NCBI GenBank assembly: GCA_028693705.1
Contig: JAQUUX010000004.1
Span: 779-64,778 of the forward strand
Origin: Lachnospiraceae bacterium
Lineage (GTDB): Bacteria; Bacillota; Clostridia; Lachnospirales; Lachnospiraceae
Length of the DNA stretch: 64,000 nucleotides
Reading direction: 5' to 3'
Shown piece by piece: positions 31,280-42,075 of this stretch. Position 1 is the stretch's first letter; the number at the start of each line of letters is the position of its first letter. The translations under genes were made by a program, and so were the position numbers. The notes under the pieces were generated by a model. It ran no database searches and was not told the DNA's origin. It saw only the letters and a program-made list of their open reading frames with translations.

Positions 31280-31314
31280 TAAAATGCCGTATATAGGCAG
31301 AACGGAGTGTTTTT

Positions 31315-31872
31315 ATGAGAGTAATAGCAGGTAAGGCAAGAAGTCTTCCTTTGAAAACTCCTGCAGGTGAAAATACAAGACCAACAACTGATCGTATTAA
31401 GGAAACTTTATTTAATATGATTCAGATGGAAGTTCCCGATTGTGTTTTTGCAGATTTTTTCAGTGGTAGTGGCGGAATCGGTATTGAAGCGCTGAGCAGA
31501 GGAGCCAGAAAAGCCTATTTTATTGATCAGGATAAGGAAGCAATTTCCTGCATTGAAAGTAATATTGCCTTTACGAAGTTCACGGAAGAGGCAGTGGTAA
31601 TCAAACAGGATGTATTTAGTGCCCTGAATAACATTTACGAGAAACACGTAGACATTATTTTCATGGATCCACCTTATAATATGGATTTGGAAAAAAAGCT
31701 TTTAGGCCTTTTAAAGCACATGAAATATGTGGACGAAGATACCATTATCATTATCGAAGCGTCCCTGGAAACATCTTTTGATGACCTGGATGAATTAGGT
31801 TATGAGGTAAGAAGAGAAAAAGAATATAAAACCAATAAGCACGTGTTTGTTCGTTTGAAAAAAGATCAATAG
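31315..31872 (+). CDS. rsmD: 16S rRNA (guanine966-N2)-methyltransferase RsmD
   Basis: [10 protein letters not shown]..., [22 protein letters not shown]. Adjacent to coaD, as in Bacillus ylbH-ylbI. Confidence 0.85.
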   Translation: MRVIAGKARSLPLKTPAGENTRPTTDRIKETLFNMIQMEVPDCVFADFFSGSGGIGIEALSRGARKAYFIDQDKEAISCIESNIAFTKFTEEAVVIKQDVFSALNNIYEKHVDIIFMDPPYNMDLEKKLLGLLKHMKYVDEDTIIIIEASLETSFDDLDELGYEVRREKEYKTNKHVFVRLKKDQ

Positions 31873-31892
31873 TGACTTGGATGGGAGAAAAT

Positions 31893-32411
31893 ATGAAAAA
31901 AGCAATATACCCGGGCAGCTTTGACCCGATCACTTATGGACACATTGATATTATCAATCGTGCAAGTCATTATTTTGACGAAGTAACGGTTATTGTGATG
32001 AACAATAAGGCAAAGAGTCCATTGTTTTCTGCGGAAGAACGTGTTAAGATATTACAAAATGTAACGAAGGATTTTCCCAATGTAAAAGTAGATTCTTTTG
32101 ACGGATTATTAATAAACTATGCCAAGGAAAAGGATATTCATATTTCCATTCGAGGACTTCGTGCAGTAACAGATTTTGAATATGAATTACAGATTGCACA
32201 GACAAATTATGAGCTTTCCAATGGTGAATTAGATACTATGTTTCTAACAACCAGTCTGGAATATGCGTATTTGAGTTCTTCCAGTGTAAAAGAAATTGCC
32301 AGCTTCCATGGCGATATTTCAAAATGTGTTCCACCTGAGGTGGAAAAACTGGTTTATGAAAAATTTGACAGACTGGATGCTTCCTTGTTACAGAATAGTC
32401 CAAATGCTTAG
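31893..32411 (+). CDS. coaD: Phosphopantetheine adenylyltransferase
   Basis: [19 protein letters not shown] (T/HxGH motif). I prefer the start at ATG 31893. Confidence 0.9.
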   Translation: MKKAIYPGSFDPITYGHIDIINRASHYFDEVTVIVMNNKAKSPLFSAEERVKILQNVTKDFPNVKVDSFDGLLINYAKEKDIHISIRGLRAVTDFEYELQIAQTNYELSNGELDTMFLTTSLEYAYLSSSSVKEIASFHGDISKCVPPEVEKLVYEKFDRLDASLLQNSPNA

Positions 32412-32436
32412 CCTGCATGTCTGATAGGAGAAAAAT

Positions 32437-33042
32437 ATGAGCAGTAGAATTGAACAGCTGATTGATGAGATTGAGGAATATATTGACGGGTGCAAATATT
32501 ATCCTTTATCGAATACCAAGATTGTTGTAAATAAAGATGAAATTGATGAACTTCTTCGTGAACTGAGAACCAAGACACCGGATGAAATCAAACGGTATCA
32601 GAAGATTATCAGTAATCGTGATGCTATCTTAAATGAGGCCAGAACCAAAGCAGAGGCTTTGATCAACGAGGCTACAGTACATACCAATGAGCTGATAAAT
32701 GAGCATGAGATTATGCAGCAGGCTTATGCCCAGGCAAATGAAATTGTTCGTCTGGCAACCTCACAGGCACAGGAGATTTTAGACAATGCAACTGTAGAAG
32801 CTAATAACGTAAAATCTGCAGCTGTTCAGTATACAGATGAATCACTTGCAACCATGGAAAATATCATAGCTCATGCAATTGATTCCACACAGAGTAATTA
32901 TGCAAATATGATCAATGACCTGAACCAGTATTATGAAGTGATAAAAAATAATCGTAATGAACTTCATCCTGTGGAAGAAGATCTGACGGAGATCGATACG
33001 GCAGCTGGTGCTTCAGCAGGCAGTGATTTAAACGTATTATAG
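32437..33042 (+). CDS. Helical coiled-coil protein of unknown function
   Basis: 201 aa. Long Ala/Glu/Asn-rich helical repeats. Good RBS (AGGAGA). I recognise no catalytic motif. Confidence 0.55.
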   Translation: MSSRIEQLIDEIEEYIDGCKYYPLSNTKIVVNKDEIDELLRELRTKTPDEIKRYQKIISNRDAILNEARTKAEALINEATVHTNELINEHEIMQQAYAQANEIVRLATSQAQEILDNATVEANNVKSAAVQYTDESLATMENIIAHAIDSTQSNYANMINDLNQYYEVIKNNRNELHPVEEDLTEIDTAAGASAGSDLNVL

Positions 33043-33054
33043 TGACCAGAAATA

Positions 33055-33090
33055 AAAAGCCGGTTTCGGAAATCGAAGCTGGCTTTTTCT
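33055..33090 (+). terminator. Rho-independent terminator
   Basis: AAAAGCCGGTTTCG / CGAAGCTGGCTTTT. Both imperfections are G-U compatible on the + strand. Followed by a T-run. Confidence 0.7.
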
Positions 33091-33133
33091 ACATTAATGA
33101 TACCGGAATTGTGGTTTATGACGGAGCGGGTTT

Positions 33134-34399
33134 ATGAAGAAATGGAAATATATAGTAGCAGGCATTTGTCTGTCATGTATGCCACTTGCGTTGTCTTTTC
33201 CAAGTCATGCTGAAGAAGGTGTGGTCGTCTGCATCGATCCCGGACATGGTGGAGACAATCTCGGTGCACAGTGGAATGATTATACAGAAAAAGAGATGAC
33301 GCTGATTGTCGCAAAAGCAATGAAAGAACAGCTGGAAAAATATGAGGATGTAACAGTTTATCTGACAAGGGAAGATGATAAGTCTCTGTCACTGGAAGAG
33401 AGAGCAGAATATGCAGCTTCTGTTCAGGCAGATTTTCTCTTTTGCCTGCATTTTAATATGTCAGAAGCACATACATTATTTGGTTCAGAGGTATGGATTT
33501 CATCCGTTGGAGAACTCTATTCCAAAGGGCATGCTTTTGGTGATATTGAATTGGATGCCTTAGAAGAAAAAGGGTTATTGAATCGTGGAGTAAAAACAAA
33601 ATTAAACGAAGCCGGTGAAGAGTACTATGGAATCCTGCGTCACAGTGTAGAAAGAAACCTGCCGGTTGCTTTGATTGAACATTGTCATCTCGACCGTGAA
33701 GAAGATGTTTCAGTCTATGATGCAAATGAAAAATTAAAGGCTCTTGGAGAATTGGATGGGGAAAGTGCAGCAAAGTATTTCAGATTACGTTCCGATGTAT
33801 TAGGAACAGATTATAGTTCTTATGAGGTTCCTAAAACAGCTGTCCCGCAATCTGCGATAGGACAGGATACGACACCGCCAGATATCTGTTCCCTTTCACT
33901 GATGGATCAGGATAAAACAAACGGGGAAACTACTTTTGAAGTATCTGCTGCAGATTATGACAGTAAAATAATATATTATAGCTATAGCTATGACGGAGGA
34001 GCTACTTTTTCAGAGTTGAAACCGTGGCCGGAAGGTGATACCTTTCGATTTACCATAACCATACCATCCGGAATACTGCCACAGGTGGTCGTAGCTGCTT
34101 ATAATAATTATGATCTGTTTACCAATAGCAATATGGTTTCTACACCTTCATTATCTTATGCTGAAGACACAGGGATGACAGAACACGAAACCATCCAGGA
34201 GACAGCTGAAACACAAGATGTGCTTGTCATCAGCACAGTCCCGGATAAATCAAAAAATAATAATGATAATGTGAAACAGAGTACTTTTCTATATTTCTTA
34301 GAAGTATGTCTGGTTGCAGTTTTAATTTTATTTGTGCTATTTTTGTTAACATTATTAATTTTAACGGAGCAAAAAAGGAAACATCGCAGAAAGCGTTAA
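33134..34399 (+). CDS. N-acetylmuramoyl-L-alanine amidase (Amidase_3) with a signal peptide and a C-terminal TM anchor
   Basis: Contains VCIDPGHGGDNLGA. Signal-like N-terminus. C-terminal hydrophobic helix followed by KRKHRRKR. Confidence 0.8.
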   Translation: MKKWKYIVAGICLSCMPLALSFPSHAEEGVVVCIDPGHGGDNLGAQWNDYTEKEMTLIVAKAMKEQLEKYEDVTVYLTREDDKSLSLEERAEYAASVQADFLFCLHFNMSEAHTLFGSEVWISSVGELYSKGHAFGDIELDALEEKGLLNRGVKTKLNEAGEEYYGILRHSVERNLPVALIEHCHLDREEDVSVYDANEKLKALGELDGESAAKYFRLRSDVLGTDYSSYEVPKTAVPQSAIGQDTTPPDICSLSLMDQDKTNGETTFEVSAADYDSKIIYYSYSYDGGATFSELKPWPEGDTFRFTITIPSGILPQVVVAAYNNYDLFTNSNMVSTPSLSYAEDTGMTEHETIQETAETQDVLVISTVPDKSKNNNDNVKQSTFLYFLEVCLVAVLILFVLFLLTLLILTEQKRKHRRKR

Positions 34400-35344
34400 A
34401 AAATATGTAAGTGTAAGCAGTGCCAGAATACATTTATGAAACAAGTATTTAGCCGGAGAAATTCCTACGATCTGCAGAGATTCAAGACTTTGAGCCAGAC
34501 AGGAAAGGCCGCCGAATTGCACAAAGGATATACAAAGATGCGGGGACAACGCTTGACATGTAGCCAATCCGCTGCTGATCTCTAAGAACATGGCAATCAT
34601 TTCACGATTTTGAAATGATATTGCAGGTGGCAATAACATTTGTGGAAATATGTTAAAGAGGCTAAACAGGATCATGTAACCGCCTATTTTTGTGATTTGT
34701 GTCATGCTGACAGTAACGCTATGATCTAATGCCAGTAGAAAATGCATATGTACACCGTTTCTTGAAATCGATACAGGAGGATTTTCTGCATGATTATTTG
34801 TTTTAATCAGGAAAATTCCGTATAGAAACGGAATAGCATACATTTCGATGACATATATAAGTACATGCGTTATTCGAAACAAAGGCATCACATATCTTAG
34901 AAAATAAACGGGACCAATGATATTGCAAAAGCATAATAAGGAAACAGCTTCTGCTTTGGAAATATTTCCTTTTTGATACTGGTCGGCCGTTGCTTTTGCT
35001 CCCATAGGGAAGCCACAGAAAAATCCCATGATAATGCAATAACAGAATTCATCATTTTTATGAAACATTTTTCTAAGTGGCCCGGCAACACAGTGTACAA
35101 AGGAACCTGCCATTTGGCTTTCTGTGAGAAAACCGCTCAGAATCATAAAGGGCAAAAGCGTTGGAATCATCTGCTCAAACCATACCAGAAGCGCTCTGCT
35201 GGCATAGGTACGACAGAGAACGGGTTCGGTTAGCAGGAAGAATATAAGCAGTGTCAGAAAACCAACTAAGAAGCATTTTTTCGTAAAAAATGAACGCACA
35301 GAGTTACCTGCTTTTTTTAATATTATATGAGATAAGGAATTCAT
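34361..35344 (-). CDS. ylbJ: YlbJ-like sporulation integral membrane protein (nucleoside-recognition/Gate domain)
   Basis: Polytopic. Contains WFEQMIPTLLPFMILS. It lies near rsmD-coaD, as in the Bacillus ylbH-ylbI-ylbJ region. Confidence 0.65.
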   Translation of the reverse strand: MNSLSHIILKKAGNSVRSFFTKKCFLVGFLTLLIFFLLTEPVLCRTYASRALLVWFEQMIPTLLPFMILSGFLTESQMAGSFVHCVAGPLRKMFHKNDEFCYCIIMGFFCGFPMGAKATADQYQKGNISKAEAVSLLCFCNIIGPVYFLRYVMPLFRITHVLIYVIEMYAIPFLYGIFLIKTNNHAENPPVSISRNGVHMHFLLALDHSVTVSMTQITKIGGYMILFSLFNIFPQMLLPPAISFQNREMIAMFLEISSGLATCQALSPHLCISFVQFGGLSCLAQSLESLQIVGISPAKYLFHKCILALLTLTYFLTLSAMFPFLLR

Positions 35345-35347
35345 TCT

Positions 35348-36715
35348 ATGAATCAGGAACGATTAGATAAATTTTTAGCAAATAGAAATTGCGGTACAAG
35401 AACAGAAGTAAAAAAAATCATACAAAAAGGTCAGGTGACTGTTAATCAGGAGGTCATTCGGAAACCGGAATATAAGGTAAGTGAAACTGATGCAGTATGC
35501 TGTCAGGGACGAACGCTAACCGGAGAAAGCATGCGATATTTTCTGCTAAACAAACCGCAGGGAGTTATTACCGCAACTGAGGATAAGCGTACGCAAACAG
35601 TTCTGGATCTAATTCATGCAGAGGATCAAATCAAGAACCTGGCACCTGTCGGAAGACTGGATAAGGATACAGAAGGCCTTTTGCTTCTTACAAATGACGG
35701 AATTCTTGCACATAATCTGCTTTCACCGGTAAAACACGTAGCAAAGGTCTATGAAGTGACTTTAAAAGAGCCACTTTCCGATGAGGCAGCGAAACAATTG
35801 ACTGATGGAGTCAATATTGGCGACGATACAATAACCAAACCTGCCAAGGTGACAGTACTTCCGCAAACAGATTATACTGATGAGAAACCAAGGATTTTGC
35901 TGGAAATCACAGAAGGAAGATTTCATCAGGTAAAGCGAATGTTACAGGCAGTGGAAAATGAAGTATTATTTTTAAAGCGATTATCCATGGGAACGCTTTT
36001 GTTAGACCCTTCTTTACCCCCGGGAGAGTATCGTGAACTTACACCTTTAGAAAAGATACTGTTAAAAACGGAGGCTGTTATTTTTGATTTAGATGGTACT
36101 TTAGTTGATTCTATGTGGATGTGGCGTAAAATTGATGATGAATATCTGGGCAGGGTTCATCTGGAAGCTCCCCCTGATCTGCAAAAATGTGTAGAAGGTA
36201 TGAGTTTCCATGAAACCGCTGTATATTTTAAAGAAAGATTTTCATTAAAGGATTCCCTGGAACAGATAAAAGCTGATTGGAATCAGATGGCATTGGATAA
36301 ATATCTGCATGAGGTTCCAATAAAGGATGGTGTACTGAATTTTCTGAAGTTTTGCAAAAAATCCAATATTCCATTGGGAATTGCTACCAGTAATTCCAGA
36401 CCACTCTTAGAAGCAGCACTGACAGCACATGATATAGACAATTACTTTGCAATATGTCTGACCGGTGATGACAAACTTCCCGGCAAACCGGCTCCGGATA
36501 TTTATCTGAATGCTGCAAAACAGCTGGGAGTTCATCCGGAAAATTGTCTGGTGTTTGAGGATATTATTCCGGGAATACTGGCGGGAAAGCGTGCCGGCAT
36601 GACGGTTTGTGCTGTTGCCGATGACTATTCTGTCTGTCAGGAAGAGGAAAAAAGAAAAGAAGCAGACTGTTATATAGACAGTTTTAGTGTATTTACACAA
36701 GAAGGAGCAATATGA
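35348..36715 (+). CDS. Fusion protein: RsuA/RluB-family pseudouridine synthase (S4 plus catalytic domain) joined to a HAD-IA hydrolase domain
   Basis: N-terminal half: RLDKFL (S4) and [17 protein letters not shown] (catalytic Asp motif). C-terminal half: [12 protein letters not shown] (HAD motif I), IATSN, and [16 protein letters not shown]. One continuous 455-aa frame. Confidence 0.8.
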   Translation: MNQERLDKFLANRNCGTRTEVKKIIQKGQVTVNQEVIRKPEYKVSETDAVCCQGRTLTGESMRYFLLNKPQGVITATEDKRTQTVLDLIHAEDQIKNLAPVGRLDKDTEGLLLLTNDGILAHNLLSPVKHVAKVYEVTLKEPLSDEAAKQLTDGVNIGDDTITKPAKVTVLPQTDYTDEKPRILLEITEGRFHQVKRMLQAVENEVLFLKRLSMGTLLLDPSLPPGEYRELTPLEKILLKTEAVIFDLDGTLVDSMWMWRKIDDEYLGRVHLEAPPDLQKCVEGMSFHETAVYFKERFSLKDSLEQIKADWNQMALDKYLHEVPIKDGVLNFLKFCKKSNIPLGIATSNSRPLLEAALTAHDIDNYFAICLTGDDKLPGKPAPDIYLNAAKQLGVHPENCLVFEDIIPGILAGKRAGMTVCAVADDYSVCQEEEKRKEADCYIDSFSVFTQEGAI

Positions 36716-38697
36716 CAAAACAATTTTTACCCGTTTCCAGAGCTGATATGAAAGAGCGTGGAATAGAACAGCTTGATTTTATCTATGTATGTGGAGATGC
36801 ATATGTAGATCATCCGTCCTTTGGACAGGCTATTATTGGCAGAATACTGGAAGCTAACGGCTATAGCGTCGGTATGATCTCACAGCCGGATTGGAAACAG
36901 GATGATTCCATTGCTGTCCTTGGAAGACCAAGACTGGGATTTTTGGTATCAGCAGGCAATATGGATTCCATGGTAAATCATTACTATGTATCAAAAAAGC
37001 ATAGACCTACTGATGCTTACACACCGGGCGGAGAATCTTTTAAAAGACCTGATCATGCCAGTGTTGTTTATTCGAATCTGATTCGGAAGACCTTTAAGGA
37101 TGTTCCCATTATATTGGGCGGCATCGAAGCCAGCCTTCGAAGAATGGCACATTATGATTACTGGTCAGACAGCTTTAAGCGCTCTGTTTTACTGGATGCA
37201 CAGGCAGATCTGATTTCCTATGGTATGGGTGAAAAATCCATTATAGAAATTGCAGATGCCTTAAACAGCGGCATGGCAGTTCAGGACATTACTTATATTG
37301 CCGGAACGGTTTATAAGACAAAGGATTTGTCCATTCCTTATGAGCCAACCGTGCTGCCTTCTTATTCTGAAATGAAAGAAATGCCAAGGAAATATGCGGA
37401 AAGTTTTTTGAAACAATACCAGAATACGGATCCTATTACCGGTAAAACCCTGGTAGAACCTTATGAAAACGGTATCTATGTGGTACAGAATCCACCGCAA
37501 AAGCCATTGACTGTACAGGAAATGGATGATGTATACGCACTTCCTTATATGAGAACCTATCACCCTATGTATGAAGCTGCCGGCGGTATCCCGGCGATTC
37601 AGGAGATTAAATTCTCACTGACTTCTAACAGAGGATGTTTTGGCGGATGCAGCTTCTGTGCATTAACATTTCATCAGGGCAGGACAGTACAGGTACGAAG
37701 TCACGAGTCCATTATTTCGGAAGCGGAGGAAATGATACAGGATCCGGAATTCAAAGGCTATATCCATGATGTGGGAGGTCCGACAGCTAATTTCAGACAT
37801 CCTTCCTGCAATAAACAGCTGACAAAAGGTGTCTGCCCGAATAAGCAGTGTCTGTTCCCATCACCATGCAGAAATTTAAAGGTGGACCACAGGGATTATA
37901 TTTCTTTGTTAAGAAAACTCAGAAATCTTCCCAGTGTAAAAAAAGTATTTATTCGTTCCGGTATACGGTTCGACTATGTACTTGCTGACAAAGATGATTC
38001 TTTCTTAAGGGAATTAGTGCAATACCATATCAGCGGACAGTTAAAGGTAGCACCGGAACATATCTGTGATTCTGTATTGTCAAGACTTGGAAAACCTCCG
38101 AGACGGGTATATGATACTTTTGTAAGAAAATACACAGAAATGAATGAAGAACTTGGGCTAAAACAGTATCTGGTACCATATCTGATGTCATCCCATCCGG
38201 GTTCTACCATGAAAGAGGCGATACAGTTAGCAGAGTATTTGCGTGATCTGGGATATATGCCTGAACAAGTGCAGGATTTTTATCCAACACCTTCCACCAT
38301 ATCCACGGTTATGTATTACACCGGATTGGATCCACGAACCATGGAAAAGGTTTATGTGTGCAAAAATCCTCATGAAAAAGCAATGCAGCGAGCATTGATC
38401 CAATATCGTGATCCCAAGAATTACGATCTGGTAAGAGAAGCCTTATTAAATGAAGACAGACAGGATCTGATAGGTTTTACCGGAAAATGTCTGATCGCAC
38501 CAAGACAGTTTGGCCTTCATAAAAAAACAAAAGCAGGAGTACAACATAAATCCGGTGCGCAGCACAAAAATAATACGTCGAATAAAAAACACGAATCAGG
38601 ACAGGAATCAAAATATGGAAAAAAACAAACATCAAAGAATCATTCCGCAGGGAAGCTTCGGACATCTAAAACAACAGCGAAACATAGAAATCCTTAA
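36712..38697 (+). CDS. ygiQ: YgiQ-family (UPF0313) radical SAM protein
   Basis: [30 protein letters not shown], the Cys cluster [10 protein letters not shown], and a Lys/His-rich C-terminal tail. Confidence 0.85.
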   Translation: MTKQFLPVSRADMKERGIEQLDFIYVCGDAYVDHPSFGQAIIGRILEANGYSVGMISQPDWKQDDSIAVLGRPRLGFLVSAGNMDSMVNHYYVSKKHRPTDAYTPGGESFKRPDHASVVYSNLIRKTFKDVPIILGGIEASLRRMAHYDYWSDSFKRSVLLDAQADLISYGMGEKSIIEIADALNSGMAVQDITYIAGTVYKTKDLSIPYEPTVLPSYSEMKEMPRKYAESFLKQYQNTDPITGKTLVEPYENGIYVVQNPPQKPLTVQEMDDVYALPYMRTYHPMYEAAGGIPAIQEIKFSLTSNRGCFGGCSFCALTFHQGRTVQVRSHESIISEAEEMIQDPEFKGYIHDVGGPTANFRHPSCNKQLTKGVCPNKQCLFPSPCRNLKVDHRDYISLLRKLRNLPSVKKVFIRSGIRFDYVLADKDDSFLRELVQYHISGQLKVAPEHICDSVLSRLGKPPRRVYDTFVRKYTEMNEELGLKQYLVPYLMSSHPGSTMKEAIQLAEYLRDLGYMPEQVQDFYPTPSTISTVMYYTGLDPRTMEKVYVCKNPHEKAMQRALIQYRDPKNYDLVREALLNEDRQDLIGFTGKCLIAPRQFGLHKKTKAGVQHKSGAQHKNNTSNKKHESGQESKYGKKQTSKNHSAGKLRTSKTTAKHRNP

Positions 38698-39193
38698 AAT
38701 GTGTATTCTTTTTGCATTGTCAGCAACGATTTATATTTCAGGTATTCTATACAAGGGAACAAACAAAAATCTGCTTACCGTTGTTGCAGTACTGGGTTTA
38801 TTACCGGCCTGTAGATATGCAGTGAGTGTTATCCTGTATCTCAAGACGAAAGGCTGCAGTTTAGCTTTGCATGATTCACTTGAAAAAGTTGATAGTAAGC
38901 TACCAAAGTTATATGATATGTATTTTACTTCTTACCAGAAAAATTTTCAGGTTAGCCATATTGTATGCAAAAATAATTGTGTAATCGGGATAACTGAAGA
39001 TGAAAAAACAGATATTACAGCTTGCGAAAAGCATTTACAGACAATGATCAATCAAGAAGGGCATCATGTGACGGTGAAGATTTTCAAGGACAAGGAAAAA
39101 TACATGGAAAGACTTCATACATTGCAGGAGGCTGCTTTAACGACTGAAAACTCAGATCAGATACTTGATTTTTGTTGTCATATCTCTTTATAG
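38615..39193 (+). CDS. Hypothetical membrane protein
   Basis: Two predicted TM helices ([29 protein letters not shown]). The start is ambiguous: ATG 38615 overlaps the ygiQ tail in another frame, and ATG 38699 lies just after the ygiQ stop. Confidence 0.5.
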   Translation: MEKNKHQRIIPQGSFGHLKQQRNIEILKMCILFALSATIYISGILYKGTNKNLLTVVAVLGLLPACRYAVSVILYLKTKGCSLALHDSLEKVDSKLPKLYDMYFTSYQKNFQVSHIVCKNNCVIGITEDEKTDITACEKHLQTMINQEGHHVTVKIFKDKEKYMERLHTLQEAALTTENSDQILDFCCHISL

Positions 39194-39205
39194 GATTGGG
39201 TACTT

Positions 39206-40228
39206 ATGCAAAAATATCAGATCAAGGAACAGGAAGCGGGACAGCGGCTTGACAAAATGCTTCATAAGCTTTTGCCGGAAGCCGGTTCCGGTTTTCTGTA
39301 TAAAATGCTTCGTAAAAAAAATATTACGCTGAACGGTAAAAAAGCTGAAGGAAAAGAAATGTTGTCTCTGGGTGATACAATTGAACTATTCTTTTCAGAA
39401 GAAACCTTTATGAAATTCAGTGGAAAAAGATTGGATCATAAAGGTGTATTGGAGACATACGAAAAAGCCTTTAAACGATATCCTTTGGCGTCTGTGAACA
39501 GTATCGGTACAAAAAATGCCATTCAAATCATCCATGAAGACGAAAATGTGCTGATTTGCAACAAACCAGCAGGGATTTTGAGTCAAAAAGCGGAAGAAAA
39601 CGATATTTCCATCAACGAGTGGATGATCGGTTATCTTGTTCATACGGGTAAAATATCAGAAGAGATATTACAGACTTTTAAACCTTCTGTTTGTAACCGA
39701 CTCGATAGAAACACCAGTGGTCTGGTGATATGTGGCATTTCTCTTACCGGGTCACAGGTGATGAGCAAATTAATCCATGACAGATCACTGCAAAAATTCT
39801 ATCACGCTGTTGTAAAAGGCCGGTTTGAACACTCTGTACATAGTAAGGGTTACCTGCTGAAGCATGAAGCTACCAATAAAGTTGAGATTTTACAAAACGA
39901 AAGGCCTGGCGCATCTCCTATTGAAACAGCCATGACCCCTGTTAAGATCACAAACGAGTATACGCTTTTGGAAGTGGAACTGATTACCGGTAAACCACAT
40001 CAGATTCGAGCACATTTACAGAGTATGGGACATCCTATTCTGGGTGATCCAAAATACGGAGATCCTGCCTGGAATCGAAAATGGCAGGAACGCGGGATCC
40101 ATAGACAACTGTTGCATGCATTTCGATTGAAGTTTCCAGAACTTGCCGAACCGGGATTTGAAGCACTTTCTGATACGACTATTCTGGCACAGGAACCGGA
40201 CGATTTTTCGATTATTTTCCATGAATAA
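39206..40228 (+). CDS. RluA/RluD-family pseudouridine synthase with an S4 domain
   Basis: Contains QRLDKML and CNRLDRNTSGLVI (HRLDxxTSG-like), plus GKPHQIRAH. Confidence 0.85.
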   Translation: MQKYQIKEQEAGQRLDKMLHKLLPEAGSGFLYKMLRKKNITLNGKKAEGKEMLSLGDTIELFFSEETFMKFSGKRLDHKGVLETYEKAFKRYPLASVNSIGTKNAIQIIHEDENVLICNKPAGILSQKAEENDISINEWMIGYLVHTGKISEEILQTFKPSVCNRLDRNTSGLVICGISLTGSQVMSKLIHDRSLQKFYHAVVKGRFEHSVHSKGYLLKHEATNKVEILQNERPGASPIETAMTPVKITNEYTLLEVELITGKPHQIRAHLQSMGHPILGDPKYGDPAWNRKWQERGIHRQLLHAFRLKFPELAEPGFEALSDTTILAQEPDDFSIIFHE

Positions 40229-40248
40229 AGAACGGAGATTTGTAGCAT

Positions 40249-40782
40249 ATGCCAACCTGGAAAAGCAGAGGACTTAGAGGCTCCCTGTTAGAAGACCTGA
40301 TTAACCGGACAAATGAAAAATATAAGGAAAACAATCTGGCTTTGATTCAGAAGATTCCAACGCCTATTACGCCTATTAATATTGACCAGAAATCCAGACA
40401 CATTACACTGGCATATTTTGATCAGAAGAGTACTGTGGATTATATCGGTGTGGTACAGGGCATTCCAGTCTGTTTTGATGCGAAGGAATGTGCTGTTGAT
40501 ACTTTTACACTTGCCAATATTCATCCCCATCAGGTAGCATTTATGGGAGATTTTGAAAAACAGGGCGGAATTGCCTTTTTCCTCATTTATTATTCTCATA
40601 AAGAACTGTTTTATTATTTGCCCTATGAAATGCTTCGATTCTTCTGGGACAGAGCATTAGAAGGAGGCAGGAAAAGCTTCCGTTTTGATGAACTAAATCC
40701 GGAATATCAGATTCCGCAAAAAGATGGCTTTCTGGTTCCTTATCTGGATATGCTGCAAAAAGATCTGGATGACAGGGGTTGA
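40249..40782 (+). CDS. recU: Holliday junction resolvase RecU
   Basis: Contains RGLRGSLLEDLIN, ALIQKIPTPI and VCFDAKEC, the RecU catalytic core pattern. Confidence 0.8.
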   Translation: MPTWKSRGLRGSLLEDLINRTNEKYKENNLALIQKIPTPITPINIDQKSRHITLAYFDQKSTVDYIGVVQGIPVCFDAKECAVDTFTLANIHPHQVAFMGDFEKQGGIAFFLIYYSHKELFYYLPYEMLRFFWDRALEGGRKSFRFDELNPEYQIPQKDGFLVPYLDMLQKDLDDRG

Positions 40783-40807
40783 CAGAAAAAGTGCAATCCT
40801 GTATACT
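40779..40807 (+). promoter_or_regulatory. Strong candidate sigma-A promoter for the his operon: TTGACA, 17-nt spacer, TATACT
   Basis: -35 TTGACA at 40779-40784 overlaps the recU stop codon. 17-nt spacer, then -10 TATACT at 40802-40807. This leaves a leader of about 140 nt before hisZ. Confidence 0.6.
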
Positions 40808-40950
40808 TCCATTAGTTTCATCTGCTACCACGTTACCTTGATAAAGTATTTTACCAATTGTATATATTAAATAATTAAAATATACAAAAACCATCAGATC
40901 GTGTAGAATAATGATGAAAGAATATTGCATGAAAGTTTGAGGTATTTACA

Positions 40951-42075
40951 TTGAACGCACGACTTTTACATACACCGGAAGGTGTAAGAGACATATATGG
41001 AGAAGAATTTGCCAGAAAAGAAGCTGTTGAAAATCTGTTACAGCAGAAGCTTCGTTCTTTTGGTTATCAGGATATTCAGACACCTACTTTTGAATATTTT
41101 GATGTATTCTCCAGCGAAATAGGAACTACACCGTCTAAGGAACTGTATAAATTCTTTGATAAAGAGGGTAATACACTGGTACTTCGACCGGATTTTACGC
41201 CTTCCATGGCAAGATGTACTGCTAAATATTTTGCAGAGATGAATGGACCACTTCGTTTTGGCTATGTTGGTAATACCTTTACTAATACCTCTAATTTACA
41301 GGGTAAATTAAAGGAAGTAACCCAGATCGGTGCAGAACTCATGGGAGATGGCAGTGCAGAGGCGGATGGAGAAGTCATTGCATTATTGATTTCCTGTTTG
41401 CTGTCTACCGGTTTAAAGGAATTCCAGGTAGCACTTGGTGATGTGGATTATTTTAAAGGTGTTTGCGAAGCTGCCGGAATAGATGAGGATACAGAAACAA
41501 CACTTCGGGATTATGTTTCCAGTAAAAACTACTTTGCGGCAGAAGAACTTCTGGCAGAGTGTGATGTGGCTGACCGTTATAAGGACGTTTTATTAAAATG
41601 TGCTGATATGCTTGGCAGTATGGATTCCCTAAAGGAAGCCAAGGCACTGGTAGATAACGAAAAATCCATTCAGGCAATTGCCAGACTGGAACAGGTATAT
41701 GAAGTGTTACGTCTTTATGGCGTTGAAAAATATGTAAGCTTTGATCTGGGGCTCTTAAGCAAATATAAATATTATACCGGTATTATTTTTAAAGCTTATA
41801 CCTATGGAATTGGCGACGCCGTAGTAACCGGTGGGCGTTACGATACACTTCTTGCCCGCTTTGGAAAGCCAATGTGTGCGATCGGTTTTATGATCGTGGT
41901 GGACGATCTGTTAAATGCTTTATCCAGACAGCAGATCAAGGTTTCCTATGACTATCAATTTTCCCGTTTGACCTACACTAAGGAAAACTTCCATGAAAAG
42001 TTGAAGGAAGCAACCGAAAGACGAGCAAAGGGCGAAAAAATCGAATTGATACCGGAGGAAACAACAAATGAGTGA
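40951..42075 (+). CDS. hisZ: ATP phosphoribosyltransferase regulatory subunit HisZ
   Basis: HisRS-like paralog (TPEGVRDIYGEE, LRPDFT). TTG start with a GAGG RBS. It overlaps the hisG start. Confidence 0.85.
   Translation: MNARLLHTPEGVRDIYGEEFARKEAVENLLQQKLRSFGYQDIQTPTFEYFDVFSSEIGTTPSKELYKFFDKEGNTLVLRPDFTPSMARCTAKYFAEMNGPLRFGYVGNTFTNTSNLQGKLKEVTQIGAELMGDGSAEADGEVIALLISCLLSTGLKEFQVALGDVDYFKGVCEAAGIDEDTETTLRDYVSSKNYFAAEELLAECDVADRYKDVLLKCADMLGSMDSLKEAKALVDNEKSIQAIARLEQVYEVLRLYGVEKYVSFDLGLLSKYKYYTGIIFKAYTYGIGDAVVTGGRYDTLLARFGKPMCAIGFMIVVDDLLNALSRQQIKVSYDYQFSRLTYTKENFHEKLKEATERRAKGEKIELIPEETTNE

Noticed and set aside
40583-40930. 115-aa minus-strand ORF spanning the recU 3' end and the his leader.
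   Set aside because: It is mostly antisense to recU and would run through the strong plus-strand his promoter. It has no RBS and no recognisable motifs.
40808-40950. Possible T-box riboswitch or attenuator in the leader of about 140 nt before hisZ.
   Set aside because: I could not find the conserved T-box sequence (GGGTGGTACCGCG-like) or a terminator hairpin with a T-run. There is only an AT-rich 8-bp inverted repeat (TTGTATAT/ATATACAA) with no U-tract.
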